DNA of 64,000 nucleotides from Piedraia hortae CBS 480.64 (taxonomy: Eukaryota): NCBI GenBank assembly GCA_010093745.1, contig MU005975.1, positions 62,001-126,000 on the forward strand, given 5' to 3'. The notes below the pieces were generated by a model. That model searched no databases and was not told the origin of the DNA. It was given only the letters and a program-made list of their open reading frames with translations. How positions within the stretch are numbered: the stretch's first letter is position 1; each line of letters starts with the position of its first letter. A program made the position numbers and the translations under genes. Positions 47,517 through 58,357 of this stretch are shown one piece after another.

Positions 47517-47817
47517 GAAAACGAGTTCGGTTCGCATGCAAGGAATGGACATGGCGGAACGAAGTGCAAGACAACAAATGGCACGGTAGAGAAATGCATG
47601 GCAGTGGTAGAGCAATTGAAAGCCCTTCAAAAAATCACTGCACTTCGCAAACTTCTGGACACCGTAATGCGAATGTTCGCTGCGTTTATTTGGCTCCACG
47701 AATATGACCTGACCTCAAAAGCCTTGCTCTGGGAATGCGCATCGTGATTCGCCGAATGAGAACAACGGCAATCCACTGTGAAAGTGTTGTTATCGTCCCA
47801 GGTAAAGTACAATAGCA

Positions 47818-48222
47818 ATGGCCGTGTTTAGTTGTTTCCTTCTTTGCCATTCTATCAAACCTTCGTTAAAGAAAACCTCGCACGAGAAGAAAATTTCTGA
47901 AGAAAAAGAACTCAATGCATTTTTGTCTTGCGAGGATGGGCCGCTTCGCCAACATTTGTCTGTCCAGGAAAGTCTTGATGATCTACTTTCAGACCGCCCA
48001 AGGAGCTCCAGCAGTGTCAGCAGCACATCATGGTGTATAATGCACGGCTTGCTCAACTACTTTTCTCTCAGTGACCGGAAGGTCTCCGAGAATGGCTCTG
48101 CCAATGGTCTGAATGGCGTTGACATGGAGCAGGAGGAGCTTACATGCGATAAGGGTGCGATTCGTCGATCAACCCAGCTCGTACCGGTCGACGGCACAAA
48201 AAAAATACTATCCCACCGGTAG
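47818..48222 (+). CDS. Orphan protein, pair 1 copy b (possibly decaying)
   Basis: HEKKISEEKELNAFLSCEDGPLRQHLSVQESLDDLLSDRP aligns to copy a. Confidence 0.45.
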   Translation: MAVFSCFLLCHSIKPSLKKTSHEKKISEEKELNAFLSCEDGPLRQHLSVQESLDDLLSDRPRSSSSVSSTSWCIMHGLLNYFSLSDRKVSENGSANGLNGVDMEQEELTCDKGAIRRSTQLVPVDGTKKILSHR

Positions 48223-49514
48223 GCATCGGAAAAACGCCAATGGCACGTTTTCTCGGCTTTTGCCGTCGGCATTGAGGTTTAGTGGATGGTTCCGAGGGCG
48301 AAATAGGTTTTCCAGGCGTCATATTGAATGTCCGGTCTTGGGCAATTGATGCAATGGGGGTAATTTTACCCGGGAGGATGGAGAAACAAGGCTGTATCCA
48401 CGAAGCATGAGCTTAGATGGCGAGGGTAATCTCCATACCAAGATAAGGAAGTACTGCGGACGCAGCAGCCTGTACGAATGCTATGTGAAGGATGATGTCT
48501 TCAAGAGTGATGTCAGTTGCTGTTAGTCATGCTTAATGGGTTGTTGCAAGGTTGTTCTGAGAGGGTGGCGGATGATCGTAACTCATTGATCGAATGGTCG
48601 CCGGATTGCAACTACACTTCACTCTCGTTCTCTCAGTAGCCTCGTGTCATTCTTCCATTGACCAGTCCTCCACAATCTTCCTGTCGCCATCCATTTTGAC
48701 TGCACTCCTGGAACGCCTAGTGAGGCACTCAAGCTAGCAGACTACACCATGGGCCCAATCTCTTCGTGTGGCATCTATTAGAGTGTTAAAGCTTCTTCTG
48801 AACACCAAGCTTGTTCTGCATGGCTCCCGGTGTCACAAAGACTTGCTTGCACATTCCATTCAGAGCCACTGTTAATTTCTGCGATTCGCATACAATCTTT
48901 GAATGCTTTAAAAAAAGGAAACCTCAAAGGGTTCGCGCATACGGAGAACCGCATCTGAATGAAAACACTTGCCAACAATGCGACGGTTTGGGCAATAACC
49001 AGGCACAAGAATTCTCGCAACCTCCATGATGATTTGCCAACACGCAAGGGTGCATAGCAGACAGGCTGCGGTAGGGCCTATACCAGAAGGACTCGGGATT
49101 TACTCAAAAGCGTTGAAAGCAGCCTATCAGCGCACTTTAGACCTATGCTTGCAAGCACATTGCTAGTATTGTTCGAATGACAAAATTTGTGTTATCAGTA
49201 AAGGAGACTGCGTCTTCTCAAGCAAAATGAGCAATAAATGTCTACTCTATCAGAACTCTCTCATCGTATTCGCCGTACAAAATGTACCCGTTGAGCATGG
49301 ATATGATGACCCCGTTCGTGATTAACTTTTACATTTGTCTCGTTGCGTCTCCGTAAACGTTTTTCGAAGATGCGTTACATGACTATACTTACTCATTGAT
49401 TGTATATCTGCCGCAAATTACTCATCGCTTCCATGTGACGCTGCATCTACAATGGTCTCCACGCAGGCATAAACATCTTTCAAGAAAACATTGGAGCATA
49501 AGCACACCACAAGC

Positions 49515-50129
49515 ATGTCTTGTTTCAACCGAGGAAACATCAAGATGCAACACACATGGGTTTTCTGGATTGCGACACCGCCTGCCAACCCGTCTGACCT
49601 TTCGGACAGATCTCCTGAAGAGAAAATGACATTCAACACTCTGTATGGATTAAACGAAGCGGTAGTAAGTCCAATACATCATGTGTGACGGAGTGTTAGC
49701 GCTAACACATTGCAGAAGGAACTCATCAGAACGGCCGAAATGGGTATGGGAGAAGGTCACTACTTCTTCAAACAAGGAGCTGTTCCAGTCTTGCATCATC
49801 ACTCGAACGAAAGAGGCGGCCGTTGGACATTCGAATTCGGCGACAGGAGACTGACTGATTTGTCATCTTTCATACATACGATGATGACCATTGATCGTGT
49901 AAGCGGACTCAGGGAAGATGACGAGATCTTGGGTCTAGCCATCCACCTTGACTTATCCCGTGTTAGTCTCTGGACCCGCACTGCTAATTGCAACAGTACC
50001 TTGCAAGTCGTCGGTGCATGGTTCAATGTGGCCATGAATCTCGAGCGCGGACAGACTATCGCCTTCAACAGCAACATGGATATTGGTACCATTGGGAGGA
50101 ATCCGGACAGAACTGCTACAAAGATGTGA
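49515..50129 (+). CDS. Highly divergent eIF4E-family protein (187 aa); exons 49515-49664 and 49716-50129
   Basis: MQHTWVFW, TFNTL, HYFFKQGAVP..NERGGRW, DDEILGLAI..RVSLWTR..VG align in order with the eIF4E core; 51-nt GTAAGT..GCTAAC..CAG phase-0 intron. Confidence 0.82.
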
Positions 50130-50710
50130 GGGGAACAGGATTAGTTGAAGTGGTTTTATGGCTCGGAGTCGATTCATGCTTGTGGAGGGATCATCAGATG
50201 TAGTACTCAAGAGCTTCAGCATGTACGTCAATGATATGAGCCCCTGAGACTACAGAAAGACGCAAAATCGCAGGAATGACAAAAGTTCATCTGGCTCGTG
50301 ATCCTTATGTGTACTGGTAGACTGCGATTTGGATGCTTAGATACGTTCAAGACTTCTGTTTTTACCACGGTAGGTGACATCAATGCATCGGCAGCATTCC
50401 CACGAACTGTGCTAATCCTTGTGCGGACCAACTGCATGTGATTCGATTCTGGCGACAGAGCTGGAATTGTCCATCAACACTTCTAACGTCACGATTTACA
50501 ATTATTGAGCTGGGGTTACAAAACTTCTCCTTTACGAAATCCGTTCTCATAGAACCCCGAACAAAGGTCAAAACAACTCAAAGAAAGTAAGTTCTCCCAA
50601 CAGAAGCCAAGTGAGACTGTGAAAACTCAATTATAACCAGCTCCAGCATGTCTCTCCTGCTCCATCCCACGTTCTTCAGTCTCAGCGCACCAGAGCAGTC
50701 TCAGGTCACA

Positions 50711-51417
50711 ATGCCGTCTGCCAAAAAAACCTTCAACCAGGCCCATCAAGGCAGTCTGGGCAAATGCCAAGGCCAAAGTCGCTGGTCGCTTGAAGCATAA
50801 GAATGCTACTTCCAATCCGGGCCATAACGCTAACAGCGTCGCTCATACTGGATTTGATCCCTCCCCCGCCATTCACTCCGAGAATTCCAACACCTCCCCG
50901 AAGATATCCCTCAAGGAGAAGTTCAGACGTCGCTTCAAGCGCCGCATCGTAAACACCTGAAAACGCTGTCACCATCACCAGCGTTATTAATGGCGAGGAC
51001 CTATTCATCCCCATTGCTTCGCCGTCAAAGCACGCCATGAATGCCTCGCAAACCGCTCGCGAAACTCCTTTCACGTCCCCTGATGCCACATCCCCGAAGC
51101 AAGGCAAATTGCGGGCCCACTGGCCTAAGATCCTGCATCGATGCAGCGGGAGAGACAGCGACTCGTCCGCTGAGGGCTCCAACGGCTCGTCATCCAATAG
51201 CTCTTTTGAAACCCACCTCACGAAGCGCTTCCATCGTTGCGAGGCGGGATACACTCCCATTGTCTCCGTCGAAAGCGAAACTTCATCTTTAGACATTGGG
51301 CCGAGTGAACAGCAGCAGAAGGCTAACGTCGTTAACATCCGTGATGAGGAGATTAAGCCCATCGTCGTGCACGAAGGCAGTGATTCCGGGTTGAAAGACG
51401 CGAGTACATCTAAATGA
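50711..51417 (+). pseudogene. Frameshifted tandem paralog of 51741-52766
   Basis: Homologous from the ATG; extra A in the A7 run at 50723-50729 and a second frameshift near 50950; the 51037 ORF aligns with the paralog's middle. Confidence 0.7.
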
Positions 51418-51740
51418 TGAAGGGATGAGGAATAGGATGCAGAAAGGCACCAGATAAATCATATGTCATTCAACGAGATGCGTCTATCGTTAAACATTCA
51501 TACATAGACCGTCACAGATATTATAGGTAGAGTTGTGTTGCAAAACTTCTCCCGAACGTCGTTCTCCTCGATAAGTCCTTAGGTGAAGTTCGAGTGAACA
51601 TCAGGCGAAGTTATTATACGCAGGCAAACCCAAGTAAACCCGAGTCACATAACTCTACCTCGCCCGTTTAATTTAAGTGTCTGTTTCTTCATCCTCCTTC
51701 AACCATTTCCAATCTTGACATACCCCAAGTTCAAGACACA

Positions 51741-52766
51741 ATGCCTTTTTACAAGACCCTTTCAACCAAGTCCGTCAAGGCAGCCTGCGGCAATGCCAAG
51801 GACAACGTAACCCGCTGCCTGAAGCGCAAGAACAATGACTCCACTGTCTCTGGTACGGGCAACAATACTGTCTATCACCATGCTGAGGCAGTGATCTCGT
51901 TCTCCTTCGCCGAGGAGCCCACCACGCCAACGAAGCACTTCCTGAGGGAGAAGACCAGCCGAAAATTCAAACACGCCAAAGAGGGCTCCAAAAGTCCTTC
52001 TTCCGCTACGGACGCGCCCAGCCCAACTACTCAGTCCGAGCACGACGCCACGCCACCCGCCCGCGGCATGAGCAGTGCGAGCATCTCTCCGTCAGTTGCA
52101 CCACTAAGGCCAGGCAAGTCACGAAAGCACTTGCCGGGATTACTCCGTCGCCGCAGTGGCAATAGCAGTGGCTTGTCTGGCGAAGAGTCCAATGGCTCGC
52201 CCTCCAAGACCTCCATCAAATTTCAACCCACTAAACGTTCCCGACGCCGCGCTGCGGTATTCACCGCCATCCTCTCCGATGATGATGGAGGATCCTCCAC
52301 GGCAACGCCGTGCGAGCAGCATGCCAGCGTCGAGCGCGAGGGGTCTGAGCGTGTTGAGCAGTCCCAGGCTGGTACTGCACGCAACAGGAATGAGCTCGAA
52401 CAGGTGCAGACGCGTACTGTGTCTGACGGAGATGATAGTATTCAGAAGGCCACGCTCAGCCTTGTCCGCGAGGAGGATGGTCCAGATGAGGAGACCAGGC
52501 TCAGCACCATTTTCGAAGGCATAGGTGGCGAGGCTGAGGAGGTTGAAGAGCAAGAAGGTTTGGGTCCGGAATTTGGGTATACTTTCATCTTGCACGATGA
52601 AACTGTGGAAGACAATAGCGAAGCCGAGGCTTTCTTCAATTGTCGGGAGAGTTTCTCAAGCGAGGCTGACGAAATGTTTTTGAATTTTGTGGAGTTAGTT
52701 GAGAGTAAGCTTCCGGAGTGGGATGGGGAAACGTTCATGCTGGCGAAGCCGTTTGTGCCCCTCTGA
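51741..52766 (+). CDS. Orphan disordered protein (341 aa), basic N-terminal half and acidic C-terminal half
   Basis: Intact ATG-initiated ORF with an adjacent paralog; no recognised domain. Confidence 0.65.
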   Translation: MPFYKTLSTKSVKAACGNAKDNVTRCLKRKNNDSTVSGTGNNTVYHHAEAVISFSFAEEPTTPTKHFLREKTSRKFKHAKEGSKSPSSATDAPSPTTQSEHDATPPARGMSSASISPSVAPLRPGKSRKHLPGLLRRRSGNSSGLSGEESNGSPSKTSIKFQPTKRSRRRAAVFTAILSDDDGGSSTATPCEQHASVEREGSERVEQSQAGTARNRNELEQVQTRTVSDGDDSIQKATLSLVREEDGPDEETRLSTIFEGIGGEAEEVEEQEGLGPEFGYTFILHDETVEDNSEAEAFFNCRESFSSEADEMFLNFVELVESKLPEWDGETFMLAKPFVPL

Positions 52767-52979
52767 ACGCTGGTGGGGGTTAGGGATGGATGTCGGGCAG
52801 ACTGGAAGCAAGTGTGATAGGAAGGGATAAGGTCATGGTGTAGAATGAATCAAGTTTCCACACAGAGTTTTCATCTACTGTAAGATTTTGACTTTTATGT
52901 CCAGAACCTGGTTGGTGGTGAGAAATCCCTTTGGCCGCCCTGGTGTGCGGATTTCATTCCGATCTTAGCAGTCAGAGTT

Positions 52980-53700
52980 TGAATATTCATGAACTTGCTT
53001 GGGCTTCTAGTTGACCTGAATATCAGAATTTTGTAGGAATGTGTCTTTGTTATAGAGCTCGTTATGCATTCAAGCTTGTACAAATAGCGCGGATTGAGTT
53101 GAAACATCGAAACCTCCATTGGAAAGAGCGAACCGATTCTCCCAGTCATTCTAACAACCAAAAGCTTTGGATAGCGTAAATTCATGTGATACTCTTGCAG
53201 CATCCTTCCGTTAAACCTCAACTTTCCGGGCGAAAAGGTTATGGAGACAAATGCATTGTTGGATTAGATCAATTGGGAGCATTCCTCACACTAAGTCTTG
53301 CTTTGGGGACTTCGATGAGGTTGTGAGTGATGAGATTCCCTACATGGTTCAAACTTCGCTGCTGTTGAATGGTGTGGGCACCACAAGTGTTACAAAAGCA
53401 GGACATATGCGTTGTGGAACTTTCTATTGTCTGCCTTCAATTGTAAACCGCGCTCTCAATTCCTCCAATACCATTCTTGGAATAGCTCAAATGTACGATC
53501 ACAATCATGCAATGAAATGTTGGATAGGTATCTTTGTGAAGTGCAAAACCAGGCAGGATGTCCAGAAATCGTGTAGGACGTAGTATCTTTAATGTATTCA
53601 TTGAGATTATTGTCAAAGCCCTGAATACTGCGTTCATATCCCTGGATCCAGATGCCCACCAAAAAAGGATACACAATTTGACCATGCTATGCGTTGTGCA
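52980..53700 (-). pseudogene. Argonaute relic (linker-1/PAZ region)
   Basis: LQEYHMNLRYPKLLVVRMTGRIGSLFPMEV..NPRYLYKL matches fungal Ago PAZ/L2 (KYxxxLxYPxLPxV..FPMEV..NQRYxxKL); multiple stops upstream. Confidence 0.65.
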
Positions 53701-53798
53701 ATCCAAAGCAAGCTGAGTTCCCTCGGAAACACATCTAGCGGCGTGCAGGGCGACGTTGTTGGATCCTGTGCGCTCCGTTCATTTGTGGCAGCAGTGGC

Positions 53799-53807
53799 AA
53801 AAAAAAA
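53799..53807 (-). terminator. Pol III terminator (T9) of the tRNA gene
   Basis: A9 on the + strand, about 30 nt downstream of the tRNA 3' end. Confidence 0.6.
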
Positions 53808-53837
53808 GAGAGACGACAAGGTATCTAAGTTAGGAAT

Positions 53838-53945
53838 AGCCGAAGGCGGGGCTCGAACCCGCGACCTTGAGGTTGCCGTTCCAGAAATGGAACTTACTCC
53901 TGCTGAACTAAGAGCCACACGCTCTACCGATTGAGCTACCCCGGC
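53838..53945 (-). tRNA. tRNA-Lys(CTT) with a 35-nt intron (53874-53908)
   Basis: GCCGGGG/CTTCGGC acceptor stem, TAGCTCAATCGG A-box, GGTTCGAGCCC B-box, anticodon CTT at 53912-53910, intron after position 37; 73 nt when spliced. Confidence 0.93.
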
Positions 53946-54049
53946 AACTTGATGTCTCACACTAGTTGCTGAGAAACTTCGGTCTATATAGAGATAATTT
54001 TGGTAGTGCACATTCCTTGACAAAGAGATTTGGAATGGTCGACTGAAGC

Positions 54050-54620
54050 AGTTTGAGTAATAATGGCATCGTATGTGTTTACAATTCTCGACAGTGGTGG
54101 CATTTGCTTTCAGAGCCGGAAAGGGTATTATCTTTTATCACGACAAAGAAAGCCTCTGAATATGAACATGATACAACAGTTTATAGATGTGATTTCTAGT
54201 CAAGGTATCGTCTACGACTCGTTTCCTAATGATTGAGACAGTAGCTACATTCCTTGCGGTATACGTAAGAACACAGCATAGGCTGTGACATAAAGACACA
54301 AATCATCATAGACCTCAGTCCAAGAGATCATAGCTCTTCCCAAGCAGACACGACCTCTACCAACTATTGGGCGGTGGCTAAGCCACGGTCGATGGGTTCC
54401 CCTCAAGTATACATCAATTCCAGGCATGGGACGAGGTTGAGCCTGTACGCGGGTCCTCGTTGGTAATCTTTTTTCTCCATCATTCTTAGGCGCACCGACC
54501 TTGTTTTCTAGGTCTTCCACAATGCCTATGGCCCAAAATCCTATCTTAGCGTATTCCGCTATACGCCGCACGCCACCTATGAAGCCGCTTGTGTAGAGAC
54601 AATAGCACCAGCAGCCACTG
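54050..54620 (+). mobile_element. Degenerate Helitron RepHel fragment
   Basis: RWVPLK..MGRG*..GNLF and NAYGPKSYL..ATYEAACVE match WxPR..IGR..GELFYLR..GPxSF..TFxEAC. Confidence 0.6.
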
Positions 54621-54641
54621 CTCAACCAACGATAGAGGATT

Positions 54642-54790
54642 TACGAGGCGGTGGCTTGTGTGATTGTGTGATCAACATTGTTGTCGCCGATGGATTAGTT
54701 ATTTCTTGTACATAGTTCCGCCCGCCGGCTCGGGCGGGCAGTCGCGTTGTCTTGCTTTTATCACTTTTACCTCTGTCTACTCCAGTGGTT
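54642..54790. repeat. Dispersed ~150-bp repeat, copy 2
   Basis: Colinear with 29958-30110. Confidence 0.7.
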
Positions 54791-55067
54791 ATTTACTTTG
54801 CCGTTTAGAACATACATTAAGGCCATATAGTTTCGTAATATATGCTGTCAACCAATTTGAAAGCGTCTTGCGCTCAATGCCGACGACCCAAACCTCTCGA
54901 GCAAGTACTCAATCCTGCCTAGTCGCCTCTGCTTTCTGGAACGTGGAGATCCGTATGAAGACCTTTCGATTTATAAACCATGCTGTTTCAAAGGCGACAG
55001 GCTTCAATGATTCGCATAACAAATGAGATTTCAGGAAGATGAAAAATGTTGGCATGAAGCCTCGTTG

Positions 55068-57178
55068 CTATGAGGATTCAATATAGGGACGGAGGACACG
55101 AATGGCGCGGACCACTGCGAGGAGTTCGCGCTCCGACGTGTTATAATTGCGCTCAGCTGGCGAGAGCCCTTTTGACAGGACGGCGACGGGTCTAGAGTCC
55201 TGGAACTCCATGGCGCCTGTGGCGAAGCCTGATGCGTCGGTGTAGATGCACATTGGCTTGATGGGGTCGTGCAGGTACAGTGGCGTGGAGGAGGCCAAGC
55301 CTTGTTTTACTGCGGCAAAGGCTTCATCGTGCGTTGTGGTCCAGACGAAGGGGCCGGCGGAGAGTGTGTAAAGCGGCGCTGCGGCGGCCGCTAGGGACGG
55401 CGTGAAATCGCGGAACCAATTAGCTGTGCCGAGGAATTGTTGTAATTCTCGGGTTGATTGCGGCGTAGGCAATGTGGACATAGCGTCGATATCTGCCGAA
55501 GGGGCGATGCGGTTGTGCGAGACGGTGTGGCCAAGATATCTTACCGCCGGAAGGCCGATTTGGGCTATCGTGGTTGAGTGTCCTAGATTTCGAGAGGCCA
55601 GAAGCGCTAGGACCGCACCCAGTTTTTCTTGGTGATCGGCTTGATCGTGAGCAAAAATAATGATATCGTCGATGTAGGCCGCTGCAAACGAAGAGACCGG
55701 CTGGAGTAGATTGTCGATGAACTTCTGAAAATTAGGCGGTCCATTAGTGACACCGAACGGCATCACCAAGTACTCAAAGCACCCCTGCGGTGTTTTGAAG
55801 CTCGTGAGATGTTCCTGTCCTGGTAAGATGCGCACATTATAGAAGGCGTTTTTGAGGTCCAGGACAGAGAAGAGCTGGGCTTGAGCAGCCTTCTGAGGGA
55901 GTTCCATGAGACGTGGTAAGGGGTACTTGTCCCTGGCCGTAATGGCGTTAAGCGGCCGGTAATCAATGCACAGGCGAAGCGTAACGTCCTTTTTCGGCAC
56001 AAAGAGAGGGTTTCAGCTTGCCATCGGGTTCGAGGGCCGGATCCAATGGTTACGTAGCCCTTCCGCGATGTAGGTTGTCATGGCGCGGTCCTCAGGGATG
56101 ATAGCGGACGCAACCGTCCGCCATCGTCCATCGTCCCGTGGGTGCCGAAGGAGCAGACTGCCAGCTCCTGGGTTGAGGCAAAGAAGGGTTCCCCGAGAAT
56201 AGCCTCCTCCGAGAGATCTGGTACCAGGTAAAAAGTGAAGACACGTCCGTCGATCGTCAGGAGGACCGTGGACATATCCGTCGCGACGGTGTCTCCTGTG
56301 GTGCCTTGTATCGAGACGGTCGACGGGGAGTTCGGGCCCTGCCAAAGGGCTGCGCGCAGACAATTAAGCTCGGCGCCGGAGTCCAGGAGTGCCGTTACTT
56401 CGCGGCCATCAACGGTGATGGTGCGGCGACGCAACAAGTCATGGTGGGCTCCGCGAACGCGTACCGCGTTGATGGCCTTGCCGTCCGCCGTGGTCTTGGC
56501 ATAGCACTTGGAGTCGGTATGGCCCGTTCTCTTGCACCGGGTGCACAAAGACTGGGTGGCCTTGCCTCGATTGCGGGCCCGCCGACGACCGGATGTCTTC
56601 TTGGTAACAGCGTCCTGTCCGGTAACGCTGGCGGTGAGGCTGACCTTCTCGATGGCCTCGCGCAGGTCCGCAAGGTTGTCTTCCGAGCCCATTGGCCCCA
56701 TGTACATCAGATAAGGACGAGGGAGGAGCTCGTAGGCTTTATACACTTGAGCAGCAAACGCAAGGCCCAGCCGTCCGCCTAACGTTTCCAGGTCGGTACA
56801 GAGCTGGCCTGGGGACGAGTAGCGTAATTAGTCCCAACGCTTAGCCGCCTGAACTCGTCGGGCGGCATCCGACTGGCCAAAGCGTTCCTTGATGGCTTCG
56901 ACGAGTGAGTCGACGGTTTCCACCAAGCGCGGGCGTCGGAGGGCGGCTTCAACGAACCAGGTGCCCGCTGTACCCGTCAGGCGGGCAGCGATCATGGTTC
57001 GGAGCGCGGCCGGATCTCCCTCAAGCCCTGGCAGAATAGCCCGGGCGAGGTTCAACTTGAGGAGAAACTCCTCGCACTGCTCGGACTGCCCGGCAAAGAC
57101 TGGGACGACATCAGTGAATTTAAATCCCTTATCCGAGGCTGAGGCCCCTGCGAGGGGGCCTGCGCGGTTAGCGGCCAT
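55068..57178 (-). mobile_element. Degenerate Ty3/gypsy gag-pol (gag, Zn knuckle, protease, RT, partial RNase H; integrase missing)
   Basis: LTGTAGTWF..IKERFG; CTRCKRTGHTDSKC; LLDSGA; LRLCIDYRPLN, MPFG, YIDD; TDASG..ERELLAVV; several stops and frameshifts. Confidence 0.95.
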
Positions 57179-57238
57179 CACAGTGTCGTCTGTCGCTGAG
57201 CTGTCTGAGGGCGTCGGGGCCGCAGAATGTATGCGGCA

Positions 57239-57324
57239 AATCTTCCCCGAGTGTCTTGGCTGGTCATAGATAACCCTCATTGGAAGAGGTCATCTATGAC
57301 CAGCCGAGACACTCGGGGAAGATT
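57239..57324. repeat. 86-bp near-perfect inverted repeat (39/40-bp arms, 7-nt loop)
   Basis: Arms 57239-57278 and 57286-57324 differ by two substitutions and one indel. Confidence 0.95.
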
Positions 57325-57662
57325 CGATGCCATTAGCGACACCTCTTACACTATCAGCTGCACCCTAGGTTTTGTCCTCAGAGGTTTCCCTTGGGTCATG
57401 TCGCATGCGACATGGTGAATGCGCCCTGCTACTGTTTAAGGCGAGTCATGGAGTAAGACTAGATTCTGACGGTCTTGCTGCATGTATGACCACTGGCTTA
57501 TGGTCATACAATTGATGGCTCTTCATACGAGGCTATGCACGGACCTTCCAGCCCAGAATATATTCTCTGATGTCCCCTCGTAGATACACTTGTATCCACT
57601 TTTACACGCGTCTATACTCTCCACCCATCGTTCTCATTTGCACATACAATCTGTTTTTCAGT
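57325..57662 (+). mobile_element. Family-B LTR lacking both termini
   Basis: Colinear with 7156-7499; includes the perfect palindrome CATGTCGCATGCGACATG. Confidence 0.85.
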
Positions 57663-58357
57663 GACGACTTCATCAACCATGAATCGATGACCCACCGCGC
57701 TCAGACGTGGCGTGCGCCTCAAAAAAGGTGAACAAGAAAGCCAATATCTTCAAGATTATAACGGTCGGCGCCTCATACGCCCTGGCCCAGAGATGGTGAC
57801 GTACGGTCGTCATGTTTGCGAGACCGCATTTTGGTATAAATCGCAACATTCTCGCTTCCGATGGAATTGCTAACCATCAAAAAGGGTACCACATGAAAAC
57901 TTAAAGCAAGCGCTTTCGAAAAATATAGTACATAGCTATGTAGAGTGGTTGTGTGTGGTGCTATTTGCGTTTGAAGTGGTGATTAAAAGTGTGCACGCAG
58001 TGGGGAAGACTTCTGGTCTAACACTGTTGTGCGTGAATTCACTTCGAAAAGTCACATCCCATTGTCATTCGATCGTTCCAATTCGGGCGATGATAGTCCT
58101 TCAAATTGCGTTATTCTCCGCCATCAAGGTAGCGTCATCGTCTGCGCAATATTCACATGTTAAAGCCAGCCGTGTGTGTGCCAAGCTGTGGGGCGTCGAT
58201 CGCGGGACTAACCCTACAACCCTAAGACGTCACCCAGAATGACGCAATTGCATCTTAACTTTTTTCTGATGTTTCCCCAGAAAGCTTTAGCACCTATCCA
58301 CCTCATTCAACCACTAAGTACGATCGTACAGCCGAATCAACCCAACAAATCACCGTA

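Noticed and set aside
48690..49030. Possible MULE SWIM/Zn-knuckle remnant (TCQQCDGLGNN)
   Set aside because: Too degenerate to support as a feature
57325..57662. Family-B LTR as the cognate 5' LTR of the adjacent gypsy
   Set aside because: No PBS is visible, termini are missing, there is no partner LTR, and its inferred orientation may be opposite; left unassigned
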